Origin: Malacoraja senta | Taxonomy: Eukaryota | Length of the DNA: 64,000 nt | Assembly (NCBI GenBank): GCA_038087875.1 | Contig: JAXLNO010000291.1 | Span: 1 to 64,000 of the forward strand | Direction of reading: 5' to 3' | In this document: positions 37,511-48,116 of the stretch, piece by piece | Layout: each line of letters starts with the position of its first letter | Numbering within the stretch: position 1 is the first letter of the stretch | Program-made: the position numbers and the translations under genes | Notes under the pieces: model-generated | What the model was told of the DNA's origin: nothing | The model's database searches: none | The model's input: only the letters and a program-made list of their open reading frames with translations

Positions 37511-38869
37511 GATGGGCACGATTGTGGAGATGTCAAAGAAGAGTGGATAGAATGCTGGTCAATGGCTCAATGGTGGCACAGACTCAATGGGCCAAATCAC
37601 AGCTACAGGAAGGATGTCATTAGAGTCGGTGCAGAAGAGATTCACTAGGATGTTACCTGGGTTCATGGGCTAGAGTTATAGGGAGGGGTTGGTCATAAGG
37701 TCATAAGTGATAGGAGCAGAATTAGGCCATTCGGCCCATCAAGTCTACTTCGCCTTCAATCATGGCTGATCTGTCTCTCCCTCCAAACCCCATTCTCCTG
37801 CCTTCTCCCCATAACCTCTGACACCCGTACAAATCAAGAATCTATCTCTGCTGTAGAAATATCCATTGACTTGGCCCCCACAGCCTTCTGTGGCAAAGAA
37901 TTCCACAGATTCACCACCGTCTGGATAGGCTGTACTTTACTCCATGGAGCATAGGGGGCTGGGGGGGGGGGCTGTGATATTATTGAGGTGTCCAAGATCA
38001 TGAGGGGTGTGGATAAAGTGAACCTTTGTGGCCACAACACACAACTCCTGGATCTCACCACTGTTCAGCGTCCCAGCGCTGGGAAGTGAATTAATCAGGT
38101 GTGGAAGAGGGGCAGGAGGACAGTTACCCCAAGTGGGGAAACTTGTACAGTGGACACGGGTTTAAAGTGAGGGGGGGGGGGGGGATGATTTAATAGGAAC
38201 CGGAGGGGTAACAATTTCACACAGAGGGTGGTGGGTGTATGGAATGAGCTGCCAGAGGAGGTAGTTGAGGCTGGGACTATCGCAACGTTTAAGAAACAGT
38301 TAGACAGGTACATGAATAGGGCAGGTTTAGAGGGATATGGACCAAACGCAGGCAAGTGGGACTAGTGTAGCTGGGACATGTTGGCCGGTGTTGGCAAGTT
38401 GGGCCGAAGGGCCTGTTTCCATGCGACATGCCTCTATAACTATGGCTCTATGACTGAGGTCTGGTGCTATTAACCCAAGGACTGAGGGAAGTAATGCTGG
38501 CGGCACCATGGCTGATGTTTCCACTGCACAGTCCCACAGAGCCCGAGCCAAGGACTGAGCAGTGAGAGGCCCCGCGCGTCTTCAAAGGAGCAGGAAAGGA
38601 AATACTTTCAAAATACTTTTTGAACCACATGGTTTATTTTTAAACTACTGTTTTTTTTGGAAAGGACACATCTTAGCGGCAACAGTCTCTGAATGTTACT
38701 GAACGCCCTTCCCCGATGCTGATCGCAGTAAGTTGCAGATTAGAAGCTGTGTCAGATGAAGAGCAATTGCTTCAGTGATTAATCTTTCACAATCGCAGAA
38801 ATATGGACAAACTTCACCCCCACTGCCCCCCCCCCCTACCCCCCACCGTCTAGCGAGATATCGGTGTTT

Positions 38870-38945
38870 GTTCAACCTGCAGAAGTATCGCCATCAAAAG
38901 CATTCCTTTATATGTCTGGTCCAGACGCAAACTTCCTCCCCTTCT
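38870..38945 (-). promoter_or_regulatory. Candidate TATA promoter for the pri-miR-23~27~24 transcript
   Basis: Minus-strand TATAAAGG (TATAAA at 38907-38912) in a non-repeat island; TEAD-like CATTCC 38901-38906, ETS-like ACTTCC 38931-38936, MEF2-like TTATTTTTAA 38634-38643. Motif evidence only. Confidence 0.3.
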
Positions 38946-38979
38946 GACAGTGACAGAGGAAGCCAGAAATGTGGTCGTC

Positions 38980-39440
38980 TCCCCCCCACCCCCCTCCCCC
39001 ATACACTCCCTCTCCCCCACACACTCCCTCTCCCCCACACACTCCCTCCCCCCCACACACTCCCTCTCCCCCACACACTCCCTCCCCCCCACACACTCAC
39101 TCTCCCCCACACACTCCCTCCCCCCCACACACCCTCCCCCCCACACACCCTCCCCCCACACACCCTCCCCCCCACACACCCTCCCCCCCACACACCCTCC
39201 CCCCCCACACACCCTCCCCCCCCCACACCCTCCCCCACACACACCCTCCCCCCCACACACTCCCTCCCCCCCACACACACCCTCCCCCCACACACACTCC
39301 CTCCCCCCCACACTCATCCTCTCCACCCCCACACCCCTTCTCCCTCCCCACACTCCCCCCCCCACACACACCCTCCCCCACACACACTTCCTCCACCCCC
39401 ACACCCCTTCTCCCCCCCACACACCCCTTCTTCCTCCCCA
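38980..39440. repeat. C-rich low-complexity array (ctccc..cccacacac)n
   Basis: Imperfect ~16-18 nt units of C runs and ACAC; G-run-rich on the minus strand. Confidence 0.9.
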
Positions 39441-40317
39441 GCCTCTGTCTGCTGATTCCCCCTCCCCTGTATCCACCTATCACTTGCCAGGCTTTGTCCC
39501 ACCCCCACCTCTTTTCCAGCTTTATCCTCCTTTTCCCTCAGTCTGAAGAAGGATCACCTATCCATTTGTTCTATCGATGCTGCCCGACCCGCTGAGTTGC
39601 TCCAGCACTTTGTGTTTTGCTTAGGCTTCCAGCATCTGCAGTTCCTTGTGTGTGAGATCCGTGGGCAGGGTGAGTCAGTGGGCACTCACAGCCACTGAGG
39701 ATGAGGGGCTTGGGTATAGAGCGGAGACGTTCAGGGACATCTGACCACACTGAAGGGTCAGTTGTTGTTGTTGTCCATCCCTGTGGCTCATTAGTGACCT
39801 TCCATGCAAAGGTCAGGCCAGACAGAAGGCAGTCTGAAGAAGGGTCTCGACCTGAAACATCACCCATTCCTTCTCTCCACAGATGCTGCCTGTCCCACTG
39901 AGTTGCTCCAGCATTTTGTGTCTATCTGCAGAAGACATTGACCTTGATGGGCCGTAGGGTGATATGGCCATTGCCCAAACAATTGAGGCTCTCAAGTTGG
40001 CCACCTTGTAACTGGCCACTTCTGCAAAATACTGGCCCCAAGTCAGAAGGCAAGTAGATTAAAGCATTGGGGAGAAGGCGGGAGAACGATAAGGATCACC
40101 CACTGGGAGACAGATTTCCGGCAATTTCAGGAATAATAATGGGACAATTACGGGGGAAGTAGGATCAAAGCCGGTTTGTGAAGTCAAAGAGAAAATTGTT
40201 GGGAAGCAAATGGATTGAGAAACCTCGACGGGTTCGCTATAATTACGCTCTTTTACATCAACTCAGTCATTCCTGTGGTCGATCCCTAAGGGAGATTTGC
40301 AGACACCAGACTGATTT

Positions 40318-40810
40318 GCAGAGAAGGTTCACCAGACTGATTCCTGGGATGTCAGGACTTTCATATGAAGAAAGACTGGATAGACTTGGCTTATACTCGC
40401 TAGAATTTAGGAGATTGAGAGGGGATCTTATAGAAACTTACAAAATTCTTATGGGGTTGGACAGGCTAGATGCAGGAAGATTGTTCCCGATGTTGGGGAA
40501 GTCCAGGACAAGGGGTCACAGCTTAAGGATAAGGGGGAAATCCTTTAAGACCGAGATGAGGAAAAACTTTTTCACACAGAGAGTGGTGAATCTCTGGAAC
40601 TCTCTGCCACAGAGGGTAGTTGAGGCCAGTTCATTGGCTATATTTAAGAGGGAGTTAGATGTGGCCCTTGTGGCTAAAGGGATCAGGGGGTATGGAGAGA
40701 AGGCAGGTACGGGATACTGAGTTGGATGATCAGCCATGATCATATTGAATGGCGGTGCAGGCTCGAAGGGCCGAATGGCCTACTCCTGCACCTATTTTCT
40801 ATGTATCTAT
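40318..40810 (+). mobile_element. Young CR1/HER1-like LINE 3' end
   Basis: Open ORF2 end QRRFTRLIPGM...GLYSLEFRRLRGDLIETYKI...RVVNLWNSLP...GY*, 3' UTR and ctatgtat tail. Confidence 0.9.
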
Positions 40811-42069
40811 GTGAAGGGCAGAAGGATGCAGACTGCACCAGGGCTGACTGCGACCAGGGCTCTATGCATCAGCTGCTGTCACTACACAAGGCCAACCTAG
40901 ACAGTTTATTCTGTTGCAGCTTTCCCAACAGGAGCCCCGCTTGTATTTTACTTTAGATGTTTCCACTAATGGGAGAGTCTAGGACTAGAGGGCACAGCCT
41001 CAGAATTAAAGAATGTTCTTTTAGGAAAGGAAATGAGGAGAAATTTCTCTAGTCAGAGGGTGGTAAATCTGTGGAATTCGTTGCCACAGACGGCTGTGGA
41101 GGCCAAGTCAGTGGATATTTTTAAGGCAGAGATAGATAGATTCTTGATTAGTACCGGTGTCAAAGGTTGTGGGGAGAAGGCAGGGGAATGGGGTTAGGAG
41201 GGAGAGATAGATCAGCCAAGATTGAATGGCGGAGTAGACTTGATGGGCCGAATGGCCTAATTCTGCTCCTATTCCTTATGTCCTTAGATTAGTTTAGAGA
41301 TACAGCGTGGAAACAGGCCCTTCGGCCCACCTAGTCTGCACCGACCAGCGATCCCCGCACATTAACACTATCCTACACTATGGACAATCTACATTTATAC
41401 CAAACTGATTAACCTACAAACCTGCACGTCTTTGGTGTGTGGGAGGAAACCGGAGCAGCCGGAGGAAACCCCCGCAGGTCACGGGGAGAACGTGCAAACT
41501 CCGTATAGACAGCACCCGTAGTCAGGATCGAACCCGGGTCTCTGGCGCTGTAAAGAACAATTCTCAGAGCTAGGAGACGTGGCAATAATCAGGAGGTCAT
41601 ATTCCTTTGGCCCAACTCATCCATGCTGACCAAGATGTCCCACCGAAGCTCGACATTCTGTAGCCCAGCGACCATTACCTTCATTGATCTAGAACCTTCT
41701 AAACAGCATCTTCATTTGCAGCTACAGTGAAGGCAAGCAAGCACTGAAGTAATGTATAGACTGTAACCTCAGATTCCAGTTACTATTCAATCAAGAAGTG
41801 ATTTTAAAATTAAAACGAGGAACCGTGTGGGGATAATGCAGAAGATGAAATATCATAAACCAATAAGATAACAATTTAAAAAAAACTATTTATTTTTTGT
41901 CAAGGGAATTAAAAGCCACACTTATCAACGTAGTCTTTGGGCCCAGACAGGTTGTTCCACAGTGAGTTAATAACTTATTTACCTTCATTTAACAAGGCTT
42001 AATATCTGTACGATTATTACAGTGGACACAAGTGAAGACCACATTTAACAATAATTCCTTGTTGGTTAC

Positions 42070-42575
42070 ATTGAGGGAGTGCAGCGTAGGTTCACAAGGT
42101 TAATTCCCGGGATGGCGGGACTGTCATATGCTGAGAGAATGGAGCGGCTGGGCTTGTACACTCTGCAGTTTAGAAGGATGAGAGGGTATCTTATTGAAAC
42201 ATATTAGATTATTAAGGGTTTGGACACGCTAGAGGCAGGAAACATGTTCCCAATTTTGGGGGAGTCCAGAACCAGGGGCCACAGTTTAAGAATAAGGGGT
42301 AAGCCATTTAGAACGGAGACGAAGATACACTTTTTCTCACAGAGGGTTGTGAGTCTGTGGAATTCTCTGCCTCAGAGGGCAGTGGAGGCAGGTTCTCTGG
42401 ATACTTTCAAGAGAGAGCTAGATAGGGCTCTTAAAGATAGCGGAGTCAGGAGATATGGGGAGAAGGCAGGAACGGGGTACTGATTGGGGATGATCAGCCA
42501 TGATCACATTAAATGGCGGTGCTGGCTTGAAGGGATGAATGGCCTACTCCTGCACCTATTGTGTATTGTCTATTG
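42070..42575 (+). mobile_element. CR1-like LINE 3' end (second subfamily)
   Basis: Peptide ESRTRGHSLRIRGKPFRTE...FFSQRVVSLWNSLP; (ctattgt)n-like tail. Confidence 0.9.
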
Positions 42576-43814
42576 TCAAAGACTAACATTTAAGAGGCTT
42601 TTGGACAGGTACATGGATAGGGTTGGGTTAGAGGGATACGGGCCAAACAAGGGCTGGTGGGACTAGTGTAGATCTTGGGCAGCATAGGCATGTTGGGCCC
42701 AAGGGCCTGTTTCCGTGCTGTATGACTCTATCAGGAGACCATGGACCAGTTTTGTTGTCCGTCTCACAGTGTTGGCGGCAAACACAACAATTCCACTATC
42801 AGTACGACCACAAGTCGCAGGCCCTTCAATGGTCACAACTCCACAGCCCACAGATATGCACTCACATCTCAGCCCACAAAGCAAAACTCACCAGTCATCT
42901 CCGCAACGGCTTATGTGTCTGGCTCAACCACAATGTTAACTTAGAGAGCAATAAACCCACAACTGGTTTGGGACAAAAGTCTTGATAACAACAACTTGTA
43001 TTGAGCAAGAATGTCATTGGTTTTTTTTTGTACATATGACAACTTAAACTCTCTTGAAATCCAGGGATGACAGTATCTACTCTGTTTCCACTTCCACAGA
43101 TACTGCCCGATTTGTGTACCGTTCAAATTTCCAGCATCAGTTCTCATTTAGCTCGGAGGCTTCAAAGACACACAACCCTGAAAATATTGCAGGGTTGGAA
43201 AGCCAGAGCACTGTGAGCTGCTGATTCTCGTCCACGTCTCTGTCGTATCTATGAAACCACACTCCCAGCTCCAGGGCAGGGTTGGAGGAAACACTAACCC
43301 GAGGCTTGCCGTTCAAATGTCCTGGACTGTGGCGGGCTGGACTGTCAGCGTAAAGGTGGTGGGACGTGAAGGTTTCACTGCTTCAACGATATTGGAAATA
43401 GCAAAGAGCCTGCTTCCCATATAGAGAAGGCGGAGGAAGAGGTTAGGTGCTGTTATTGGACATGGCCTGGGACTGTAATCTCATCTCACCATGTCTCTCC
43501 CACACTATTTCCACATTACACTAGTGGACATTCCTCATAATGTCAGCAGGATAACAATTCCCAGCCACGTGAAAAGATGCAAACCCTACTGTTATCACTG
43601 ATACTCCTCACTATGGGCAGATACATCATGATGCCAGAGTACTGAGCTATGGTTTACAGTTCAAAGCCATGTCTAATTACAGCACCTACTGTAACCTCAC
43701 GCTGCCTTGGCAAAGCCAACAAAATACTCAAGGACTAGTCTCACCTCGGTTACTCCCCTCTCCCATCAGGCAAGAGCAACAGAAATTTGAAAACACACAC
43801 ACCTCCAGATTCAG

Positions 43815-44281
43815 TGTTTAAGAAAGAACTGCAGAAGCTGGAAAAATCAAAGGCAGACAAAAATGCTGGAGGAACTCAGCGGGTGAGGCAGCATCTATGG
43901 AGCGAAGGAATAGGTGACGTTTCGGGTCTGAAAAAGGGTCTCGACCCGAAACGTCACCTATCCCTTTAAGAATAAGGAGTAAGCCATTTAGAACGGAGAC
44001 GAGGAAACACTTTTTCTCACAGAGAGTTGTGAGTCTGTGGAATTCTCTGCCTCAGAGGGCGGTGGAGGCAGGTTCTCTGGATGCTTTCAAGAGAGAGCTA
44101 GATAGGGCTCTTAAAAATAGCGGAGTCAGGGGATATGGGGAGAAGGCAGGAACGGGGTACTGATTGGGGATGATCAGCCATGATCACATTGAATGGCGGT
44201 GCTGGCTCGAAGGGCCTACTCCTGCACCTATTGTCTATCGTCTCATGTCTCACCCGCTGAGTTTCTCCAGCATTTTTGTCT
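43815..44281. mobile_element. Penelope-like fold-back element interrupted by a CR1 3' end (about 43965-44235), itself inserted in a Rex1-like 3' fragment
   Basis: TSD acctccagattcag at 43801-43814 and 44282-44295; the right arm resumes after the CR1 piece. Confidence 0.7.
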
Positions 44282-44942
44282 ACCTCCAGATTCAGGGACA
44301 GTTTCTTCCCGGCTGTTATCGGGCAACTGAACCATCCTCACACCAACCAGAGAGCGGTCCTGACCTCCCATCTACCTCATTGGAGACCCTTGGTATATCT
44401 TTAATGAAACACTGTTGCACTAAACGTTATTCCCTTTACCCTGTATCTTGTAACCGTGTGTTATCTTTCCGCTGATTGGAAAGCACGCAACATAAAAGCT
44501 TTTCGCTGTACCTCGGCACACGTGACATTAATAAACCACAGTAAACTCCAAAATTGCAAAGTACCTCACAGCTGCCTCAAGAATGATCAAGAGTGTTTTA
44601 TTGCAGTATGTCCCAGATACAACAATGAAATTCTTACTTGCAGCAGCCCAACAAGTTCAAGCGCTTCAAGCCGAGTATTGTACTTTCTGCATTTCAGTCA
44701 TTCCAGTTTATCTGAGGTCCACTGTTGTAAGGAACACGAGTTCCCCAATCCACAGAAATCCTGCCCCATGATGTGTTACATCACCAGCCTTCCACCAGGA
44801 ATACCATGAGAAGTAAGCGAGCGATTGTGTCCCATGCATATTCTGCCTGGCAGAATTTTTCATTTTTCATATATTAAAAACCATTGGACTTTTGCATGTA
44901 GAATTATTCCAATTCTACACACCATTGCACACCTCCAACCAC

Positions 44943-45240
44943 GTTGGTGCAGTGGTAGAGTTGCTGCCTCACAGTGCCAGAGACCCAGGTTCGATCCTGA
45001 CTACGGGCGCTGTCTGCACGGAGTTTGCATGTTCTCCCTGTCACCTGCGTGGGTTTTCTCCAAGATCTTTGTTTTCCTCCCACACTCTAAAGACGTACAG
45101 GTTTGTAGGTCAATTGGCTTGGTAGAAGTGTAAATTGTCCCCAGTGTGTGTAGGATAGTGTTAATGTGCAGGGATCACTGGTCGGTGCCGACTCTGGGCT
45201 GAAGGGCCTGTTTCCGCCGTGTATCTCTAAACTAAACTAA
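44943..45240 (+). mobile_element. tRNA-derived HE1/V-SINE-like SINE, near full length; other copies at about 3925-4210(+), 13905-14175(-), 15901-16155(+), 24857-25180(-), 41285-41552(-)
   Basis: A box (ggtgcagtggtagag), B box (ggttcgatcc), V-domain-like ggagtttgcatgttctccc...gtgggttttctcc, CR1-like 3' end gaagggcctgtttcc and (ctaaa)n tail. Confidence 0.85.
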
Positions 45241-45747
45241 GTGAGCTGGTCTGGAGATTTAACTTCACTTTCTTGTCCCACAGTGAGGACGAGATACCTC
45301 TCAGACCGTCTGTCAGGATAGTCTTTACACATCCCTGCTCAGACTAGGGATGTGTAAAGCGGGCTCAGTAACATCTTGGTCACCTGATACACACTTGGTG
45401 CATGTGGGATCTTGCTGTGTGCTTTGGGGAGTCACCAACAGCTTGAACAGTAATTAATTGATGGTCAAGGGTTTGGATTATTGGTGGTCGCGTTGGACCA
45501 AACCCTGCCCAAGAACATGTACGTCAATGACATTGAGCCCTGGCAGCCAACTCCTGTCATTAAGTTGGAAAGGGTGCAGGAAAATTCACCAGGATGTTAT
45601 CGGACTTGGGGACTTGGGTTAGAGGGGAAGGGAGGATGGATGGGCTGGGACTTTTTCTTTGGAGTGTAGGAGGTTGAGAGGTGACCTTATTGAGGTGTAC
45701 AAGGTCACGAGAGGCAAGGTTAAAGTTAATGCATAGTCTTTTTCCTG

Positions 45748-46120
45748 GCTGTATCATTGGTTGGATTGCAACCTTGTCGTGGTCGGGGAGCTTGTGTGTC
45801 TCAGTGACCCCTAGAGATATGCCAGCGGGAGGTTTGTCTCCTGTTAGGGTCTCCCATGCTGGACAGGTTGAAGGATAGAGGTGAGACAAAGAGCGATCCA
45901 GTGGTTCTCCAGGTTGGAGGTTGAGCACAGGGCTAACAACCCTGTCTCGTAAAACAAATATGTTACAGAAACAGCAACTGATGGAATCAACACTACTGGG
46001 CGTGATGGACTTCCAGGGCTACCTGGGGTAGTGTCCAGAAGCTAGCCCAGAACAGACAGGAGTGGAGGACTTTCGTTGCTGCCCTACATGCCAGGAGGCA
46101 TAATAGGCAGTAAGTAAGTA
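45748..46120 (+). mobile_element. Internally deleted (bipartite) RTE-clade element: structured 5' leader joined to ORF end and (TAAG)n tail
   Basis: Leader resembles Rex3/Expander-type 5' UTRs (accttgtcgtggt...gacaaag...gggctaacaaccctgtctcgtaaaac); 46021-46113 encodes the RTE-like C-terminus TWGSVQKLAQNRQEWRTFVAALHARRHNRQ*. Start coordinate approximate. Confidence 0.7.
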
Positions 46121-46169
46121 TCTTCACTCTCCGAGGGAATTCCTAAACCACCAGGTTGAAGAACAGCTT

Positions 46170-47160
46170 CTTCCACACATCACACAAACCAACCTCCCTT
46201 CCATTGATTCCATTTGTACCACATGCTGCCACGGCAAGACCAGCAGCATAATCACGGACCAGTCTCACCACGGCCACTACTTCTTCTCCCCTTTCCCATT
46301 GGGCAAGAGGTACAGAAGTGTGAAAACGCACACCTCCAGATTCAGGGACAGTTTCTTCCCAGCTGTTATCAGGCAACAACCGTCCTACCACAACTATAGA
46401 GCAGTCCTGAACTACTATCTACCTCATTGGTGATCCTCGGTCTAGCCTTTGTTTAAGAAGGAACTGCAGGTGCTGGAAAAATCGAAGGTAGACAAAAATG
46501 CTGGAGGAACTCTGCGGGTGAGGCAGCATCTATGGAGCGAAGGAATGGGTGACGTTTCGGGTCGAGTCTGAAGAAGGGTCTCGACCTGAAACGTCACCTA
46601 TTCTTTCTCTCCATAGATGATGCCTCACCTGCTGAGTTCCTCCAGCATGTTTGTCTACCCTCAGTCTGTCCTTGATCAGACTTTGCTGGCTTTACCTTGC
46701 ACTAAATGTTATTCCCTTATCATGCATCAGAGCCAGCAACATTATGGGGGACCCCTACCACCCCAGCAACGGACTGTTCCAGCTGGTACGGTCAGGCAAA
46801 CGCCTCCGCTGTCATGCTGTGAAAACAGAGAGACGGAGTTTCTTCCCACGGGCCATTAGGACGGTAAACTCCGATCTCACCAGGGACTAGTTTACTGTTG
46901 TGTTGTGTGTTTTTAAAATTGCTGGGGGGTTTTCTAATATGTAAATACTGATTCTGTCCTGTAGTTTTTTGCACAATCCGTAGGCATTGCCACTTTAACT
47001 TCACTGCACTTCCTGTATGTGTATGTGACAAATAAACTTGACTTTGACTGTAAATGGCTCAATTGTAATCATCCGCTGTAATTGTCTTTCCGCTGACTGG
47101 TTAGCACGCAACAAAAGCTTTTCCCTGTACCTCGGTGCATGTGACAATAACGCAAACTCA
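46170..47160 (+). mobile_element. Rex1-like 3' fragment with a nested Penelope-like fold-back (about 46453-46660) and a second LINE 3' end (about 46727-47047)
   Basis: Host sequence (cagattcagggacagtttcttcccagc...ctgtacctcggt...gtgacaataa) recurs elsewhere in the window and resumes after each insert. Confidence 0.65.
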
Positions 47161-47741
47161 AACCCAAACACGCACTTGCTGTGTTTCATGGACAAATCAA
47201 ATCTAATTTTAGGTTTATCAGTCAGAGGAAGTGGCAGAGCAGAATTTAAATCATTTGTCTGTTCGTCCAAAGACCTCGTTAATTATTCTCGCTGCCCAAC
47301 TTGCCCAACCAGAAACCTCCCAATTATTGTCTTGGATTTTGGATCATTGCATTTGGAGCTCGATGCCCTCAGTCCCACGTAAAGTGATATCCCTGTACAT
47401 TCCCACTTCACAGTTCCATGGCTTTAAACTCTCGAATGTCTTCTCTAAACCCTCTCCCTCTGCCTCTCTCGCTGAATCAGAATCTGCTTCCAAACTAGTC
47501 ACAGAGCATGGAACAGTACAATACAGGAACGGCCCTTCAGCCCACAATGTCTCGGTTGGCCATGAAACATATTTAAACTAATCCCGCCAGCCAGCAGATG
47601 CTTTATATCCCTCCAAAGCCTGTTGGTTCTAAATGCCTCTTAAGTTCCGCTATCGTATCTGCTTCCACCACTTCCCCCGGCACAAGTTCCAGGCACCTAT
47701 CAGTCTCTATGTAAAAACAATCATGTCCTGCACATCTCCTT

Positions 47742-47879
47742 CATCTCTCAGTCTGAAGAAGGGTCTGGACCCAAAACGTCACCCATTCCTTCTCTCCAGA
47801 GATGCTGCCTGTCCCGCTGAGTTACTCCAGCACTTTGTGTCTACCTTCGGTTTAAACCAGCATCTGCAGTTCCTTCCTA
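47742..47879 (+). mobile_element. Single-arm Penelope-like pLTR insertion
   Basis: ctgaagaagggtctggacccaaaacgtc...catctgcagttccttcc; TSD cacatctcctt at 47731-47741 and 47880-47890. Confidence 0.65.
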
Positions 47880-48082
47880 CACATCTCCTTTATAGTTTCC
47901 CCCCTTTCCCCAGGCAGTGCTTGCCAGATTACAACAGCCTGGTGCAGAAATCAAACTCTCTTGTGGTTCCATAGTTACCTTAAAACGGGCTTGTCTTGAC
48001 CATCTCCTGAGCTGTGAGCTCAATGCGGAAGAGCTATTGGCAGCGGACCCTTGAAAATAGCCGGTACGTTAGGCAGCATCTG

Positions 48083-48116
<34 letters not shown>

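Noticed and set aside
38680..38700. AACATTCA seed on the minus strand (and at about 18380 on plus) as possible miR-181c/d, expected from mammalian synteny
   Set aside because: Only the first 8-9 nt match and I see no hairpin; no NANOS3 zinc-finger coding sequence was noticed in the window either.
38775..39595. Pro/His-rich and Gly-rich ORFs (also 16846-17335)
   Set aside because: Low-complexity DNA artefacts.
44943..45010. tRNA-like A/B box sequences
   Set aside because: SINE heads continuing into V-domain-like bodies; no complete cloverleaf.
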